Assembly (NCBI RefSeq): GCF_963921235.1
Contig: NC_086109.1
Location: forward strand, 15,006,001 to 15,070,000
Source: Mobula hypostoma
Lineage: Eukaryota
Length of the DNA stretch: 64,000 bases
Direction of reading: 5' to 3'
Each line of letters begins with the position of its first letter. The first letter of the stretch is position 1. The notes beneath the pieces were generated by a model. That model worked only from the letters and a program-made list of their open reading frames with translations. It ran no database searches and was not told the DNA's origin. Both the position numbers and the translations under genes were made by a program. Shown piece after piece: positions 1 to 12,960 of this stretch.

Positions 1-406
1 CTCATCACGCAGGACATCAATAGAGTAGCTCCTTGGCAGCTAGCCAGCTAGTTTAAATAACGTTAGCTATGCTAATGAATGAATGACACCTGTCAAACTC
101 ACCTCAACATGTCTTTTACATTTTAACCCACAGTGGACAGTAGAAAAGTCACTGTGGCAAACAGTGCAGCGAGCAACACTGTCATTTCTGAGGTTGACTG
201 TAAAGCCTGCCCACAGAGAAAACTGATAGGTCTACTTAGCATGAAGAGAGACCAATCAGGATGCTTGCTCTCCCTCTCCCTCTCGCTCTCGCTCTGCCTC
301 TCAAAAAAATCGATTTCCGGGATATTGTATATAATTTCCAGGCGACAGGGAGCCGCTATCAATATGCGGGAGACTCCCGGAATTTTAGGGAGAGGTGGGA
401 TGTCTG
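1..406. mobile_element. End of a probable non-autonomous DNA transposon (hAT-like), cut by the window start
   Basis: Ends in a TIR-like GGGAGAGGTGGGATGTCTG preceded by the palindromic CGGGAGACTCCCGG; no recognisable coding content; the other end is not in the window. Confidence 0.4.
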
Positions 407-882
407 CATATGCCACCTAGGCCTGATGCTTTGCGAGGATTCACCCTCTCTATGGGTGTTCGGACATCGGCTTTCGAGACAGAGATCACAGGATTGCCAG
501 ATGCTGTGGGAGTTCACACAGGTGTAGTGTTATCCTCCCTTTCAAAGCATGCATAAAAGATATTGGGCTTGTCAAGTGAAGCATCACTGCCATTTATGTC
601 TTAGAGAGCCCTTGATGCTTTTCTTTAACAGTTCGTCCGAAAGAAAAAATTTCCTCCCATTGTTCAGAACTCCCCCAGTACCACACCAGACTGTCGGTCT
701 ACATAAGGTGCTTAGCATTCAGTTCCAGACCTCAAAGTCATTCACTGAACAAAGGCTGAACGTTGGTCTCCCAAAGAAACTGACATCTCCTCCTGTAAAT
801 AATTGCTATAAGAAATATGTTGTTTACACTGGAACAACAATCTTGGTGAAATGTCTTGTAAGATTCCACACTTTCTTTGAAA

Positions 883-1060
883 GTGGTTAGTGTAACACTT
901 TACAGCACCAGCTGAAAGATCGGGGTTCGATTCCTGCCACTCCCTGTAAGGAGCCTGGATGTTCTTCCCGTGACAATGTGCGTTTCCTCCAGTTTCCTCC
1001 CATATTCCAAAGATGTAGGGGTTAGGGTTAGTAAATTGTGGGCATTGAATTTTGGTGGCA
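883..1060 (+). mobile_element. tRNA-derived SINE (shark/ray HE1-like)
   Basis: A-box-like TGGTTAGTG and B-box GGTTCGATTCC, then a body (CTGTAAGGAG...TTTCCTCCCATATTCCAAAGATGT) repeated many times in the window. Confidence 0.7.
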
Positions 1061-1080
1061 GAAACATGCAAACTGCCCAG

Positions 1081-1614
1081 CACAAGATCACAAGACACAG
1101 GAGCAGAAGTAGGCCATTCGGTCCATCGAGTCTGCTCCGCAGCTCCCCCATGGGCTAAACTATTCACCCATCTAGTTCCAGTTTCTGGCTTTTTCCCCAT
1201 ATCCTTTGATACCCTGACTAATTAGATACCTGTCAATCTCCTCCTTAAACACCCTCAATGATCGGGCCTCCACAGCTGTATGTGGCAACGAATTCCACAA
1301 ATCCACGACCCTCTGGCTAAAAAAAAATTCTCCTCATCTCTGTTTTAACTGGGCAGCCTCTAATTCTAAGACTATGGCCTCTTGTCCTGGACTCACCCAC
1401 CAAGGGAAACAACCTTTCCACATCTACTCTGTCCAACCTTTTCAACATTCGAAATGTTTCTATGAGATCCCCTCTCATTCTTCTATACTCTAACGAATAC
1501 AGTCCAAGAGCCGACAAACGCTCCTCATATGTTAGCCCCTGCATTCCAGGAATCATCCTCGTAAATCTTCTCTGAACTCTCTCCAACATCAGTACATCCT
1601 TTCTAAGATAGGGG
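1081..1614 (-). mobile_element. CR1 LINE 3' fragment
   Basis: ORF 1317..1652(-) contains LERVQRRFTRMIPG...RRMRGDLIETF...SRTRGHSL, the CR1 ORF2 C-terminus, followed by a CR1 3'UTR with a short repeated tail. Confidence 0.9.
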
Positions 1615-2170
1615 AAATAAGATAGCACAATCTCACTGATTTGATTTGACACAAGATACGTTGCACTATTTCAATGCAAATGTGACAAATAAAGCTAATC
1701 TTAATTTTTAAATCTTTTTTGGATATGGATGTAAGCAGAAAGACCAGAATGTATTCTTCATTCCTAATGAATTTGACAAGGGGTTGATTAGCTGTTAATT
1801 GGAACCATTTCTTATAAAGGCATTTCCTTAGTACTATTGACCAATGTGTTGCAGGATTTGGACACTGCATCGAGAAAGGAAATACGTTTTAATTTTATAT
1901 TTCCATTTTGTTACATCTGTCTCATACCCTTTGTGAGTGGAAATGGATCAAAATAAGAGTCGAGAATGGTAAATTTTGCCATGACCACTTAAAGCACCTG
2001 AACAAACAATTCTGACAATCAGGAATTCACTGCCAAGGGGGTTGTCAAAATTAAAAACATCAATCATTCACAACAATATCAGAGAGTATAGAGGCACAGA
2101 TTTTATAGAAAAATGCTTTGAGATCTTTTACCGTTAGGATTGAAAAACCAGCAAAACAAATCTGCTTCAG

Positions 2171-2356
2171 AGTAACACACACAAACTGCTGGAGAAACTC
2201 AGCAGGTCAGGCAGAATCTATGAAGGGGAATGAAGAGTTGACGTTTCGAGCCAAGAAGCTATTCGTTTCCATAGATGCTGCCTGGCCTGCAGAGTTCCTC
2301 CAGCACTTTCTATGTGTTACTCTGGATTTCCAGCATCTACAGAATCTCTTGTGGTT
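2171..2356. mobile_element. Fold-back Penelope-like terminal-repeat fragment
   Basis: Inverted arms (AGTAACACAC...CTGGAG / CTCCAGCAC...TGTTACT); flanked by ATCTGCTTCAG (2160-2170) and ATCTGTTTCAG (2360-2370). Confidence 0.65.
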
Positions 2357-3173
2357 AAGATCTGTTTCAGTGTATTAATCCAAAAGGAAATACATTAGCA
2401 TGCATCTTAAAATTGGAACAATTTACCTCATAATCCTTCAGCAGGACTTTGCTTCTCTAAAGGGTTTTGCAAAACCCTCTAGTGAATCAGAGCTGGATGG
2501 AAATCATAGATACCAGTGATGAAATTCTTTACAGCTACACCAACGTAGTTTGTGATCCACAGAGTATAATTATATCACCTTTGCTCTCTGCCTTTATTTT
2601 ATTGATACTGCTATTGGATAATGTTCCGTGCAAGCTCTATCTTTTTGAATTAAACAAACTTCAAAATTATTCAAACTTTATGAATAAATGTTAAAGTGGT
2701 CAGGGCGAGGATTGAAATCAAGTGTCATTTTATCTCTGAAAGTACAGCAGATAGAATAAAAAAAAACTGCTGGACATACTTAGGAGGCAAATACAATATT
2801 GAATTTTAATAAAATGTCTTTTAGGCACCAAAACAATTTCACTGAGACGAGAAGGGGATTGTGGAACATCTGAGCAAGAATTTGACCAAAGATGTGAGCT
2901 TTAAGGTGCTTCTGAGAGAGACAGATGTGATTTGAAGCAAAAAGAAACTTTCTATGTCTATTAGGAAGATTCGAGAGACTAATTCCTATGAGGAATAATG
3001 CCCCTGCTCATCGTTAGTGTGCGTCAGAAGCGCTTCTACCCATGAAACCATTTCTTGTAGCTTCAAATTAGAAATTAAATCTCAAAAATCACTGATTTAA
3101 AATCTTTTGTCTTAGTACTCTTCCTCTCAATCTTCAATGCAGTCCTCAAATGTTTCATCATCTTCTAAATTTA

Positions 3174-3697
3174 TACTCAGTGGCCACTTTATAATGTACC
3201 GCCTGTACCTAATAAAGTGACCACTGAGTGTATGTTCATGGTCTTCTGCTGTTGAAGCCCATCTACTTCAAAGTTCAATGTGTTGTGTATTCAGACATGC
3301 TCTTCACTGTTGTCACATGTGGTTATCTGAGTTACTGTTGCCTTCCTTTGCCCTCTGACTTCTCTTATTCGCAAGGTGTTTTCACCCACAGAAGTGCCAC
3401 TCACTGGATGTTTTTGTTTTCATTTTTCTCACCATTCTCTACAGACTCTAGAGATTCTTGTGAGTGAAAATTCTAGGAGATCAGCAGTTTCTGAGACACT
3501 CAAACCACCCCATCTGGCATTAACAGTTATTGCACAGTTGAAGTCACTTAGATCACATTTCCTCCCCATTCTGATGTTTGGTCTGAAGAACAACTGAACC
3601 TCTTGACCATGTCTGCATGCTTTTATGCATTGAGTTGCTGCCTCATGATTGGCTGAGGGGGGTGCACTGGTGTACCTAATAAAGTGGCCACTGAGTG
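3174..3697 (-). mobile_element. Tc1-like non-autonomous DNA transposon
   Basis: TIRs (T/C)ACTCAGTGGCCACTTTAT..., TA flanks on both sides; minus strand carries a decayed GKKCDLSDF...GLSVSETADLL transposase N-terminus. Confidence 0.8.
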
Positions 3698-4199
3698 TAT
3701 TTCAGTCAGTCAGCTGGTGCAACGACCAGCCTTGTTGTTGGTCAGGGGCTTAATGAGAAATGGGTGTAGGCAGCAACGTGGTCAAGGTGGCCTTGCAGAG
3801 GAAATGAGAGAAGGTGTTCGAAGAATGTGTGAGCTCAAAGTTAGGGCACTGGGTGGTGCTAGGGCACATGGATTATGAAAGAAGGAAGCTGGGACCTTAC
3901 AGGTAGTTTCAAACTTTGTGACAGAGTGAAGTCCACCCACATTATTTCCGTGACAAGTGTGGAAGCAGGAAGCAATGTCTGACACACCTAGAAGCAAGTT
4001 ATGTGACTGTAAAACTGCAAAGTGCATGCTCAACACCCAACAGTCTACATCAAGGCCACATTCCACAGTCAGAGCCAAATCATCCCCCCATCTGATAATC
4101 TAGCCACATACAGTCATGACTGGTGATGGACAGTCAACCAGATGCTGGGAGGATTTGGCTCCAAGAAGATCCACAACTCATGAGTGCTAAGACAAAGTG

Positions 4200-4900
4200 T
4201 TAGAATGTATAGACTATTTTCTAAACAGGGAGCAAATTCAGAAATCTGGGGTGGAAAGTGACTTGCAAGTTCTCATGTCTGATTCACTAAAGATTAACTT
4301 GCAGGAAGATTCAGAGGTAAGGAAGGCAAACGCAATGTTAGCCCTCATTTCGAGAGGACTAGAATATGAAAGCAAGGATGTTCAGACCCCAATTAGAGTA
4401 TTGTGAACAGTTTTGGGCCCCTTATGTCAAAAAAAGATATGCTGGCATTGGAGAGGGTCCAGAGGAGGTTCACGAGAATGATCCCGGGAATGAAGAGAAT
4501 GTGTGAGGAGCATTTGATGGCTCTGGAGTTTAGAAGAATAAAGAGGGATCTCATATTGAAACTTATTGAACATTGAAAGGCCTAGATAGAGTGGAGAGGA
4601 TGTTTCCTGTAATGAGGCAGTCTAGGACAAGAGGGCACAGCCTCAGAATACAAGGATGCCTCTTTAAACCAGAGATGAGGAGGAATTTCTTTAGCTACAG
4701 GGCGATTAATTTGTGGAATTCGTTGCCACAGGCTGTACATTGTCATTGTGTATATTTAAAGGTAAAGTTGGCAAGTTCTGGACTAATAAGAGTGTGAAAG
4801 GTTATGGAGAATGGGTTTGAGAGGAATAATGCAGTGTATCAGCCATGATAGGGTGGCAGAGCAGAATTGCTGGGCTGAATCCCCCATTTCTGCTCCCATG
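4200..4900 (+). mobile_element. Degenerate CR1 LINE 3' fragment
   Basis: Frames encode DYFLNREQIQK...KANAMLALISRGLEY and KGLDRVERMFP...SRTRGHSL...NLWNSLP. Confidence 0.85.
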
Positions 4901-5369
4901 TCATGGAATCCTGGGAAAAATTCCTCAGCAGAGACACGAGGGACTGCAGATGCTGGGAAATGTGAGCTGCTGCAGGAACTCAGCAGGTCATGCAGCATCA
5001 GTGGAGGGAAACGTACAGTTGAATTTCAGGTTGGGATACTTCATTTGGACTGAAAGTTCCTCAGTGATGGGAATCATGCCTCGAACACAGGAAGATGGTT
5101 GAGGTTGTGGGTGGTCTGACAAGAGTGGTTCAGGTGAACTTTCACAAGTTTGTTGCTATTCCTCATGCTCAGCTGGATGTGACTAAGGCTATACACAACC
5201 TAAAAACTCATGTATGGTTACCCAGTTAGCTGTGGGGTGGGAAATATGCTGTGGTTTAAACTCTTCTCAGGCTTCCAGCCAGGTACAGGGTAACAATTAT
5301 AACGAATTTTTCGACGACAAACTCTGCCATCTTCTTCAGAGATCATATATATATCCCTCCTTGTTAGTG

Positions 5370-5773
5370 TGGATGCTGTGTGACTTGTTACCCCGTTACA
5401 AATCAGTAACCCGAAATAACACTGCATTCAATTAAACAATTTAGCTTTATAATTCTTAGTTTGACCACAGGGTTAGTGAAGAAAAAGCACAAAAGAAAAG
5501 GGCCCATTTTAATGAAACAGTCTAATGTGCACAAGTTGGAGCTCATGGTTTCCCCTTCGATTTCCCCGGCCTTTGTCGGATTATGGCTCTGCTCCGGGTT
5601 GAGTCCTACGATCTCCTCCCTCCCGGGTCTCCTCTCTTCATCTCCCACTGAATAAAAGACTCAGAACGCCCTGGTGTCGGGCACACGGCACGAAAACACC
5701 CTCCTGTCACTGGACGGCTCACATTCCAAAGCAGCCATTATCTCTAACCATAACCCAAACACTGCTTCTACAG
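5370..5773. repeat. Unclassified LTR-like repeat, related to ~43130-43730; probably resumes at ~6764-6795 after the Rex1 insertion
   Basis: Shares AAAAGGGCCCATT...AATGTG.ACA...GGAGCTCA with ~43228-43285; boundaries uncertain. Confidence 0.35.
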
Positions 5774-6765
5774 AATTGAATTGAATTTACTTTATTTCTT
5801 ACATCCTTCACGTACATTAAGAATAAAAATCTTTAAGTTATGTCTCTGTCTGAATGTGCAATCATAGTAATTTATAATTTATAATAAATAGAACAGTCAA
5901 TACAACATAGAAACACACTCAAATCAGTGCAAGTCAATCAGTCTGGTGGCCTGGTGGAAGAAGCTGTCCCAGAGCCTTTTGGTCCTGGCTTTTATAACGC
6001 AGTACCATTTCCCGGATGGTAGCAGCTGGAATAGATTAAGGTTAGGGTGACTTGGGTCCCCAGTAATCCTTCTGGCCCTTTTTTCATACCTGTCTTTGTA
6101 AATGTCCTGAATAGTGGGAAGTTCATAACTATAGATGCGCTGGGCTGTCTGCACCACTCTCTGCAGAATCCTACAATTAAGGGAGGTACAATTCCCATAC
6201 AAGGCAATGATGCAGCCAGTCAGAATGCTCTCAATTATGCCCCTGTAGAAGTCCTTAGGATTTGGGGGCCCACACCAGACTTTCTCAACCTTGTGAAGTG
6301 AAAGAGGTGCTGCTGTGCCTTTTTCACCACACAGCTGGTGTGTACAGACCTCGTGAGGTGGATGCCGAGGAACTTGAAGCTGTTTACCCTGTCATCCCCA
6401 GATCCATTGATGTCAATAGGGGTTAGCCCGTCTCCAGTCCTCCTGTAACCCACAACCGGCTCCTTTGTTTTTGCGCCATTGAGGGAGAGGTTGTTTTCTT
6501 GACACCAATGTGTCAGAGAGATAACTTCTTCCCCGTAGGCCACCTCGTTGTTGTTTGAGATGAGGCCAATCAATGTAGTTTCATCGGCAAATTTAATTAG
6601 CAGATTAGAGCTGTGGGTGGTGCCACAGTCATGGGTATACAGGGAGTAAAGGAGGGGACCTAGTACACAGCCCTGAGGGGCTCCTGTGTTGAGGGTCAGA
6701 GGGGTGGGGATGAGGGAGCCCACTCTTACCACCTGCTGGCGAGCTGACAGGAAGTCCAGGATCCA
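5774..6765 (-). mobile_element. Rex1/Babar-like LINE 3' fragment (reverse transcriptase)
   Basis: ORF 6235..6732(-): TGAPQGCVLGPLLYSLYTHDC...KFADETT; 3' part LWDSFFHQATRL; (TTCAA)n-type tail at the left end. Confidence 0.9.
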
Positions 6766-7899
6766 TTACGTTAGCAGCAAAACCTTTCACAGGGACAGCC
6801 GGATGGACACACACATTAATATATAACTTACTGTAATTTATAGTTTTATGATTATGTTTTGCATTGTACTGCTGCCACAAAACAACGCATTTCATGACAC
6901 ACGCCAGTGATATGGAACCCAATTCTGAGTCTGAAATATTGTGGAGTACTGATCATTTAAAAAGTAGCAAAAAGTATGAGCAATTTTTTTTTAATATTCA
7001 AGAGACTCAAAGAGCAGATGGTCCTATTCCATTTGCTGTACAGTCAAACCTTAAATTAGAGCGAGATTTTTGTGTATCGACATATTTAAATAGGTCAGAC
7101 AATTTGGAATAAAGTTAATCACAAGAATAAAAAGACTCGACTTGTTCTATTTATCAGCTGCCCAGTAGAGAACCGTAGTTGGATTGTGGGATAGATATTA
7201 TCTTTCATTTTTGTATGAAACACTGCCAGTAAGAGTGGCTTCCTGCCACTATCCTGCTTGGCTTAGTGCTCTGATCTAATGCGTTTCCATTAACAGCATT
7301 GCGGTATTTATGGAAAAGTTAGGTTTGTTGGTATGGTGGTCCTCATGTCTCTCCAGTTTTACACTGTTGCTGGTTTCTAATTCAGCGACTGGCTTCTATC
7401 CAGAATTATAAATTTAAAACATTCTGTCAGGAGAACTTGGAGTTGGTGTAATGCCTTGTGCCTGCTGCCCTCGAGGTGGTTTTGGGATCTTGCATCAAAG
7501 GAACCCTGCTGAGTTCCTGAAGTGCTCTTCTTTGTGGTTGGAAAAGAAACATGGAATTATTACGGCTCATAAGGAGACCTATCAGCCCACTGGAGCCCTG
7601 CTAGCTCTTTCCAATCGATCTCATTTTCCTGCTGCTTCATCACGAGCTTGCAGTTACCTCCCTATAAATGCCAATGCAATGATCTGAACTGGGGATCCTG
7701 CTCAGAATCAGATTTATAATCACTGGTATACCAGGTGAAATTTGCGGTTTTGCAGCAGCAGTACAATAAACTCGCATCAAATCTGAATGTGTGTAGGTCT
7801 GCATTCTAGCAAGGACATGATGGCACTGGAGAGGCTGCAAAGGAGATTCAACCAGGATGATGCCTGGGATAGAGTGTTTCACTTATGTGGAGAGACACA

Positions 7900-10430
7900 G
7901 TGACACGAGACAACCACGATACGGCTGTCACAGACTTTATAAATGCAGTTGTGGATATACACGTCCCCACAAAACTGTTCAGAATCCTTCCCAACCAGAA
8001 TCTCTAGATGAACCAAGAGATCTGCAGTCTGCTGAGCACCAGACCAGAGGTCCAGATACGACCTCTGGAAAGCCATCCCTCATGTGAAGTGGCAATTCCG
8101 GAGCAAACTTGAACCACAGAAGGATGCTTGGCAGCTGGGGCAGGGCTTGAATGCTATCACCTTCTACAATGCAAAATCAAGCGACATAGGTGAAAACAAG
8201 GTTTCACTTCCAGATAAGCTCAATGCCTTTATGCTCGATTTGACCGACAGAACATGGAAGCACCTTCACGAACTCCCACCGCTCCCAATACCCTGTGATT
8301 TCAGTCTGAGGTCAACATGAGAGCATCCTTCAGAAATTATCTGGCCCAGATGGAATACCTGGCTGAATATTATTCAACTTCCAGGAGGTATCTTTACCCT
8401 CTTGCTTTGGCATTCTGAGGTACCCATCAATTTTAAGCAGGATTCAGTTATACTGGTGCCTAGGAAGATCGTGGTGACCTGCCTCAGCCATCCAGAAGCA
8501 CTTCCATCCACTGATGAAATGCTTTGAGAGGCTGGTGAAACATATCAACTCCTGCCCAAAGAGTGACTTGGATCAGGAGGGAGGAGAAGATGGCGGCACA
8601 ACGCAGTGCGTGCGGCCGTTCCAAATGAATATCGTATGTGTAACTAGGGGGCCATGCACAATCTGGATTCGATGGAGACAGCAGTGAGGAGCACGGAGGA
8701 ACACCTGGAGTAACTTCTGAAATGCCTGCTTTGCTGCCGCCGCTACTGTGCGATCGAGAATCTCCAGAGACAAAGGCCCCAAATCCTCGGCTTTGCCTGT
8801 TGCCTGTTGCCAGAGCTGGCATCGAAACGCTCGGCAGAGATGGTGCTCGGTGCTCGGTGTTGGAGAGCTGGCCGGAGGCTCGGAGTTTTTGGACGGATTT
8901 GGAGTCAGACTGTGGTCGGATGCTTCCAGGATGCTGCATCGGCAAATTTGCGGCGCTGGAGGTTTACCATCTGTGTGAGATGATGGGACTTTCAAGAGAC
9001 TTTGAGACTTTTACCATGCCATAGTCTGTTCTTATCAAATTACAGTATTGCTTTGCACTGTTGTAACTATATGTTATAATTATGTGGTTTTTGTTAGTTT
9101 TTAAGTTGGTTTGTCATGTGTTTTCGTGGTATCGTTCTGGAAAAGCATTGTATCATTTCTTAATGCATGCATTACTAAATGACAATAAAAGAGGACTGTG
9201 TGTCCTCATAATCTAATCTACCTCAGTTTGTCTACCATCACAACAGGCGAATAGCAGATGCCATTTCATTGGCTCTTCACTCAACCTTGGAACATCTGGA
9301 CAGTAAAGATGCATATATCAGGATCCTCTTCATTGACTACAACTCTGCTTTCAACACTCTCATCCTCTCAGAATTAATCAATAAGTTCCAAGACCTAGGC
9401 CTTAATTTCTCCTTGTGCAATTGGATCCTGGATTTCCTCACTTATAAACTCCTCAGTTCAGATTGGCAACAACATCTCCTCCACAGTCTCCATCAGCATA
9501 GGTGCTCCACAAGGCTGTGTGATTAGTACATTGCTCTACTTACTTTATGCTTATGACTATGAGACTAATACAGCTCCAATGCCATATCCAAGTGGGCTGC
9601 CACCATTGCCATTGGCTGATTCAAAGTTGGTGACAAACCAGCATATTGGAGGGAGACTGAAAATTCTGGTTGAATAGAGATGATTATTGACTACAAGCGG
9701 AGGAAATCGGAGGTCCATGAGCCAGTCCTCATCAGGGGATCAGAGGAGGAAAGCGTTGGCAACTTTAAATTCCTCGGCGTTATCTTTCAGAGGATCTGTC
9801 CTACTCCAAGCACACAAGTGTCATTACGAGGAAAGTACGGCTGTACCTCTACTTTCTTAGAAGTTTGTGCAGATTCGTCATGTCATCTAAAACTTTGGCA
9901 AATTTCTATAGATACACAGCAGAGAGTATACCGACTGGTTGCATCACGGCCTGGTATGGAAATACCACTGCCCTTGAACAGAAAAGCCTACAGACCAGTC
10001 CATTACAGGTAAAGGTCTTCCCATCACTGTGCGTGTTTACAAGGAGCACTGTCACAGGAAAGCAACATCCGTCATCAAGGAACCTAACCATCCAGGCCAT
10101 GTTCTCTTATTGCTGCTGCCATCAGGAAGGAGGTACAGGAGCTCCAAGTCCCACACCACCAGGTATAGGAACAGTTATAACACCTCCACTATCAAGTTCT
10201 TGAACCAGAGGGGATAATTTCACTCACCACAACAGTGAACTGAATCCACAACCTATGGACCCAGTTACTCAAATTTTCAATATTTATTGCTTATTAATTT
10301 ATTATTATTATTTTTGCTTTTTTGTATTTGCACCGTTTGTTGTCTTTTGCACATTGGTTGTTTGTCCACCTCTGTCGTGTGCGGTCTTTCATTGATTCTA
10401 TTGCATTTCTTTGCACTTACTGTGAATCTC
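7900..10430 (+). mobile_element. Degenerate Rex1-like LINE, interrupted by the element at 8578-9220
   Basis: Fragments [65 protein letters not shown]...RNSY in collinear order. Confidence 0.85.
8578..9220 (+). mobile_element. Non-autonomous SINE-like element with a Rex1-type 3' tail
   Basis: Starts GGAGAAGATGGCGGC, ends AAATGACAATAAA...CTCATAATCTAATCTA; homologous to 12961-13633(-). Confidence 0.7.
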
Positions 10431-10444
10431 AGTGCAGTATTGGG

Positions 10445-11186
10445 GCGCCACGGTATCTTAGCGGTCAGGACGATGCAATTACAGCTCGGAGCATCAGAGT
10501 TCGGCGTTCAGTTCTGATGCTGCCTGTAAGGATTTTGTACATTCTCCCTGTGAACGTAATGGGTTTCCTCTGAGTGCTTGGGTTTCCTCCATATTCCAGA
10601 GATGTACTGGTTAGACATAGACATATTTTATCGATCCCGAGGGAAATTGAGTTTCATTACAGCTGCACCAGCCAAGAATAGAGCACAAATATAGCAATAC
10701 AAAAACCACAAACAATCAAACAACAAGATGCAAACTATGCCAGATGGAAACAAGTCCAGGACCAGCCTATTGGTTCAGGGTGTCTGACCCTCCACAGGAG
10801 GAGCTGCAAAGTTCAATGGCCACAGGCAGGAACGACCTCCCGTGCCGCCAAGTGTTGTATCACGGTGGAATGTGGCTGGAGTCCAACAGCAAAAAGTTCA
10901 ATATCCGGGCTACAAACACGTTCCTCGATCGTAATATGACCAGGATTGCACCATCCGTTGTTAACCAGAACAGCAAGCCCAACTCCTTTACGCTTACCAC
11001 TCTCAGTGCACTTCCGGTCAGCTGGAACGGTCTGGAAGCCCTCCATGGAAAAGTTTTGGTCGGGTATGTCCACATGCAGCCACGTTGGTTAATTGGTCAT
11101 TGTAAATTCCTGCGAGTAGGCTGGTGTTAAAAGGAAGGTTTCCGGCTAGAAGGACCTGTTCCATGCTGTATCTCTAAATAAATAAA
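10445..11186 (+). mobile_element. tRNA-derived SINE split by a Rex1-like insertion (10617-11075)
   Basis: SINE head and body at 10445-10612; it resumes TTGGTTAATTGGTCATTGTAAATT...CTCTAAATAAATAAA at ~11086-11186. Confidence 0.6.
10617..11075 (-). mobile_element. Internally deleted Rex1-like LINE (endonuclease fragment joined to the 3' end)
   Basis: ORF 10813..11073(-) FSMEGFQTVPADR...GKRKGVGLAVLVNNGWCN...CSPDIELFAV (APE-like), joined near 10860 to RSFLPVAI and a 3'UTR resembling that of 28184-29915. Confidence 0.75.
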
Positions 11187-12960
11187 TCCTTAAAATATAG
11201 TTACATATGTACTTTGATAATAAATTTACTTAGAACTTTTGAGATTGGAAAGGCCAGTTTTGACCTTTTTGGAGGAGAGAAGGCTGAGGGCTATAGCTTG
11301 CAAGATGCTGGAGGAAGCCAGCAAGTCAATCAGCATCTATGGAGGGAAATGGATAGTCCATGGGGCTGACCTGATTGTTCTGCCATTAACTATGGATAGG
11401 ATAGAGAGTGAGAACCCTTTCCGTTTCACAAATTTATCCTTGACAAGAAAGCATATGCTTACAGTAACAGGCAATTGAGAGGGGACTTGAGGAATTATTT
11501 CAAGCGGAGGTTGGCTGAGCTCTGGACTACCACCCGAGGGATGCATCGATATAGATACTCTCATTATTTAAGGATTTGGATGAGCTTTTGAAGGGACTCA
11601 GAACTGATTCCAAATGGGACAACCACAGATAGGTATTTGGTGACTGGCATGGACTTGGTGGGCCGAGGAGCCCATTTTCATGCTGTTCAACTCATTAACT
11701 CCCTAACCATATTCACCAGCCTTACAGGGAGTGCATTCTTGATTACAACTGATCACTGCAATCACATCTCTTCTCCCCTTTGCCCAGCACCTTAAATCTG
11801 TGTCCCCCTTGAACCTCCCACTGATGAAAACAGCTGCCTTCCACATACTTTCCCCAATCAAGTCGCAATCCTGTTCACCTTTATCAAATCTCCTCTCTAT
11901 TTGTTCCTCACTCCAAACAGAATGACCTCAGTGACTTTACCTATATCACATCATTTCAAAGTTCAAAGTAAATTTATTATTAAAGTACATATGTCACCTC
12001 TTACCACATTGAGATTCATTTCCTTGTGGGCATACCCAATTAATTCATAATACAATAATAACTGTACTAGAATCAATGAAAGACCACAGCAAATTGGGGG
12101 TTCAACCAGGGTGCAAAAGACAACAAACTGCCCAAGTACAAAAACAGTAAGAAATAATAATAATAATTAATAAATAAGCAATACATGTTGAAAACATGAG
12201 ATGAAGGGTCCTCGAAAGTGAGTCCATAGCTTTTGGGGACATTTCAATGATGAGGTAAATGAAGTTATCCCCCTTGGTTCAAGAGCCTGACGACTGGGGG
12301 GTAATAACTGTTCCTGAACTTGGTGGTGTGAGTCCTGAGTCTCCTGTACCTTCTTTCTCAAGGCAGCAGCAAGAAAAGAGCATGTTCTTAAGCCCTAACT
12401 CTGTGACCTATCTGAGTAAATGTTATAGCACCCAGCACCCCCAGTGCATGGATGGTGCAAATAATGGTCCAGAAGGAGCCTTGTATGTAATGATGTGTGC
12501 ATTCAGTGACAGCCTTAACGTTTGGTGCTACACTATCCTATCCTACAGACCTGTAGACTCACTTTTAAGGACTCTTTACAACTCATGTTCTCAGCATTAC
12601 TTTTATTTGTCCAATTGGTCTTGTTTTGCCCATTGGTTGTTTGTCATTGTCTGTTTATGTATTTTTGTAAAATGCTGTCGTATTTTTCTTTTTCTTGTAG
12701 ATGCCTGCAAGAAAATGAATCTCAAGGTAGTATTGGTGGCACATATGTACTTTGATAATAAAACTACTTTGAACTTCACACAGTTCAGTTTGGTTCTCTT
12801 ACAGGCAGGCCAGGAGGATTGAGGTTCATTCCTCAGTCTGCTCCAAGCTGACCTCTCTCATCGAGTGCAGCGGCAGAGAAGTCTAAAATTTAGCTCATTA
12901 ATACGAGACAAAGCAAGGGGAGGACATCAGAGAGGGTTTGTGGGGGGTGGGAGTGAGGCT

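Noticed and set aside
883..940. tRNA-like A/B boxes (also ~14650, ~50140, ~53700)
   Set aside because: These are SINE heads attached to repeated SINE bodies; no complete cloverleaf is evident.
12259..12822. 187-aa plus-strand ORF
   Set aside because: It spans two unrelated, oppositely oriented repeat tails; a chance open frame.
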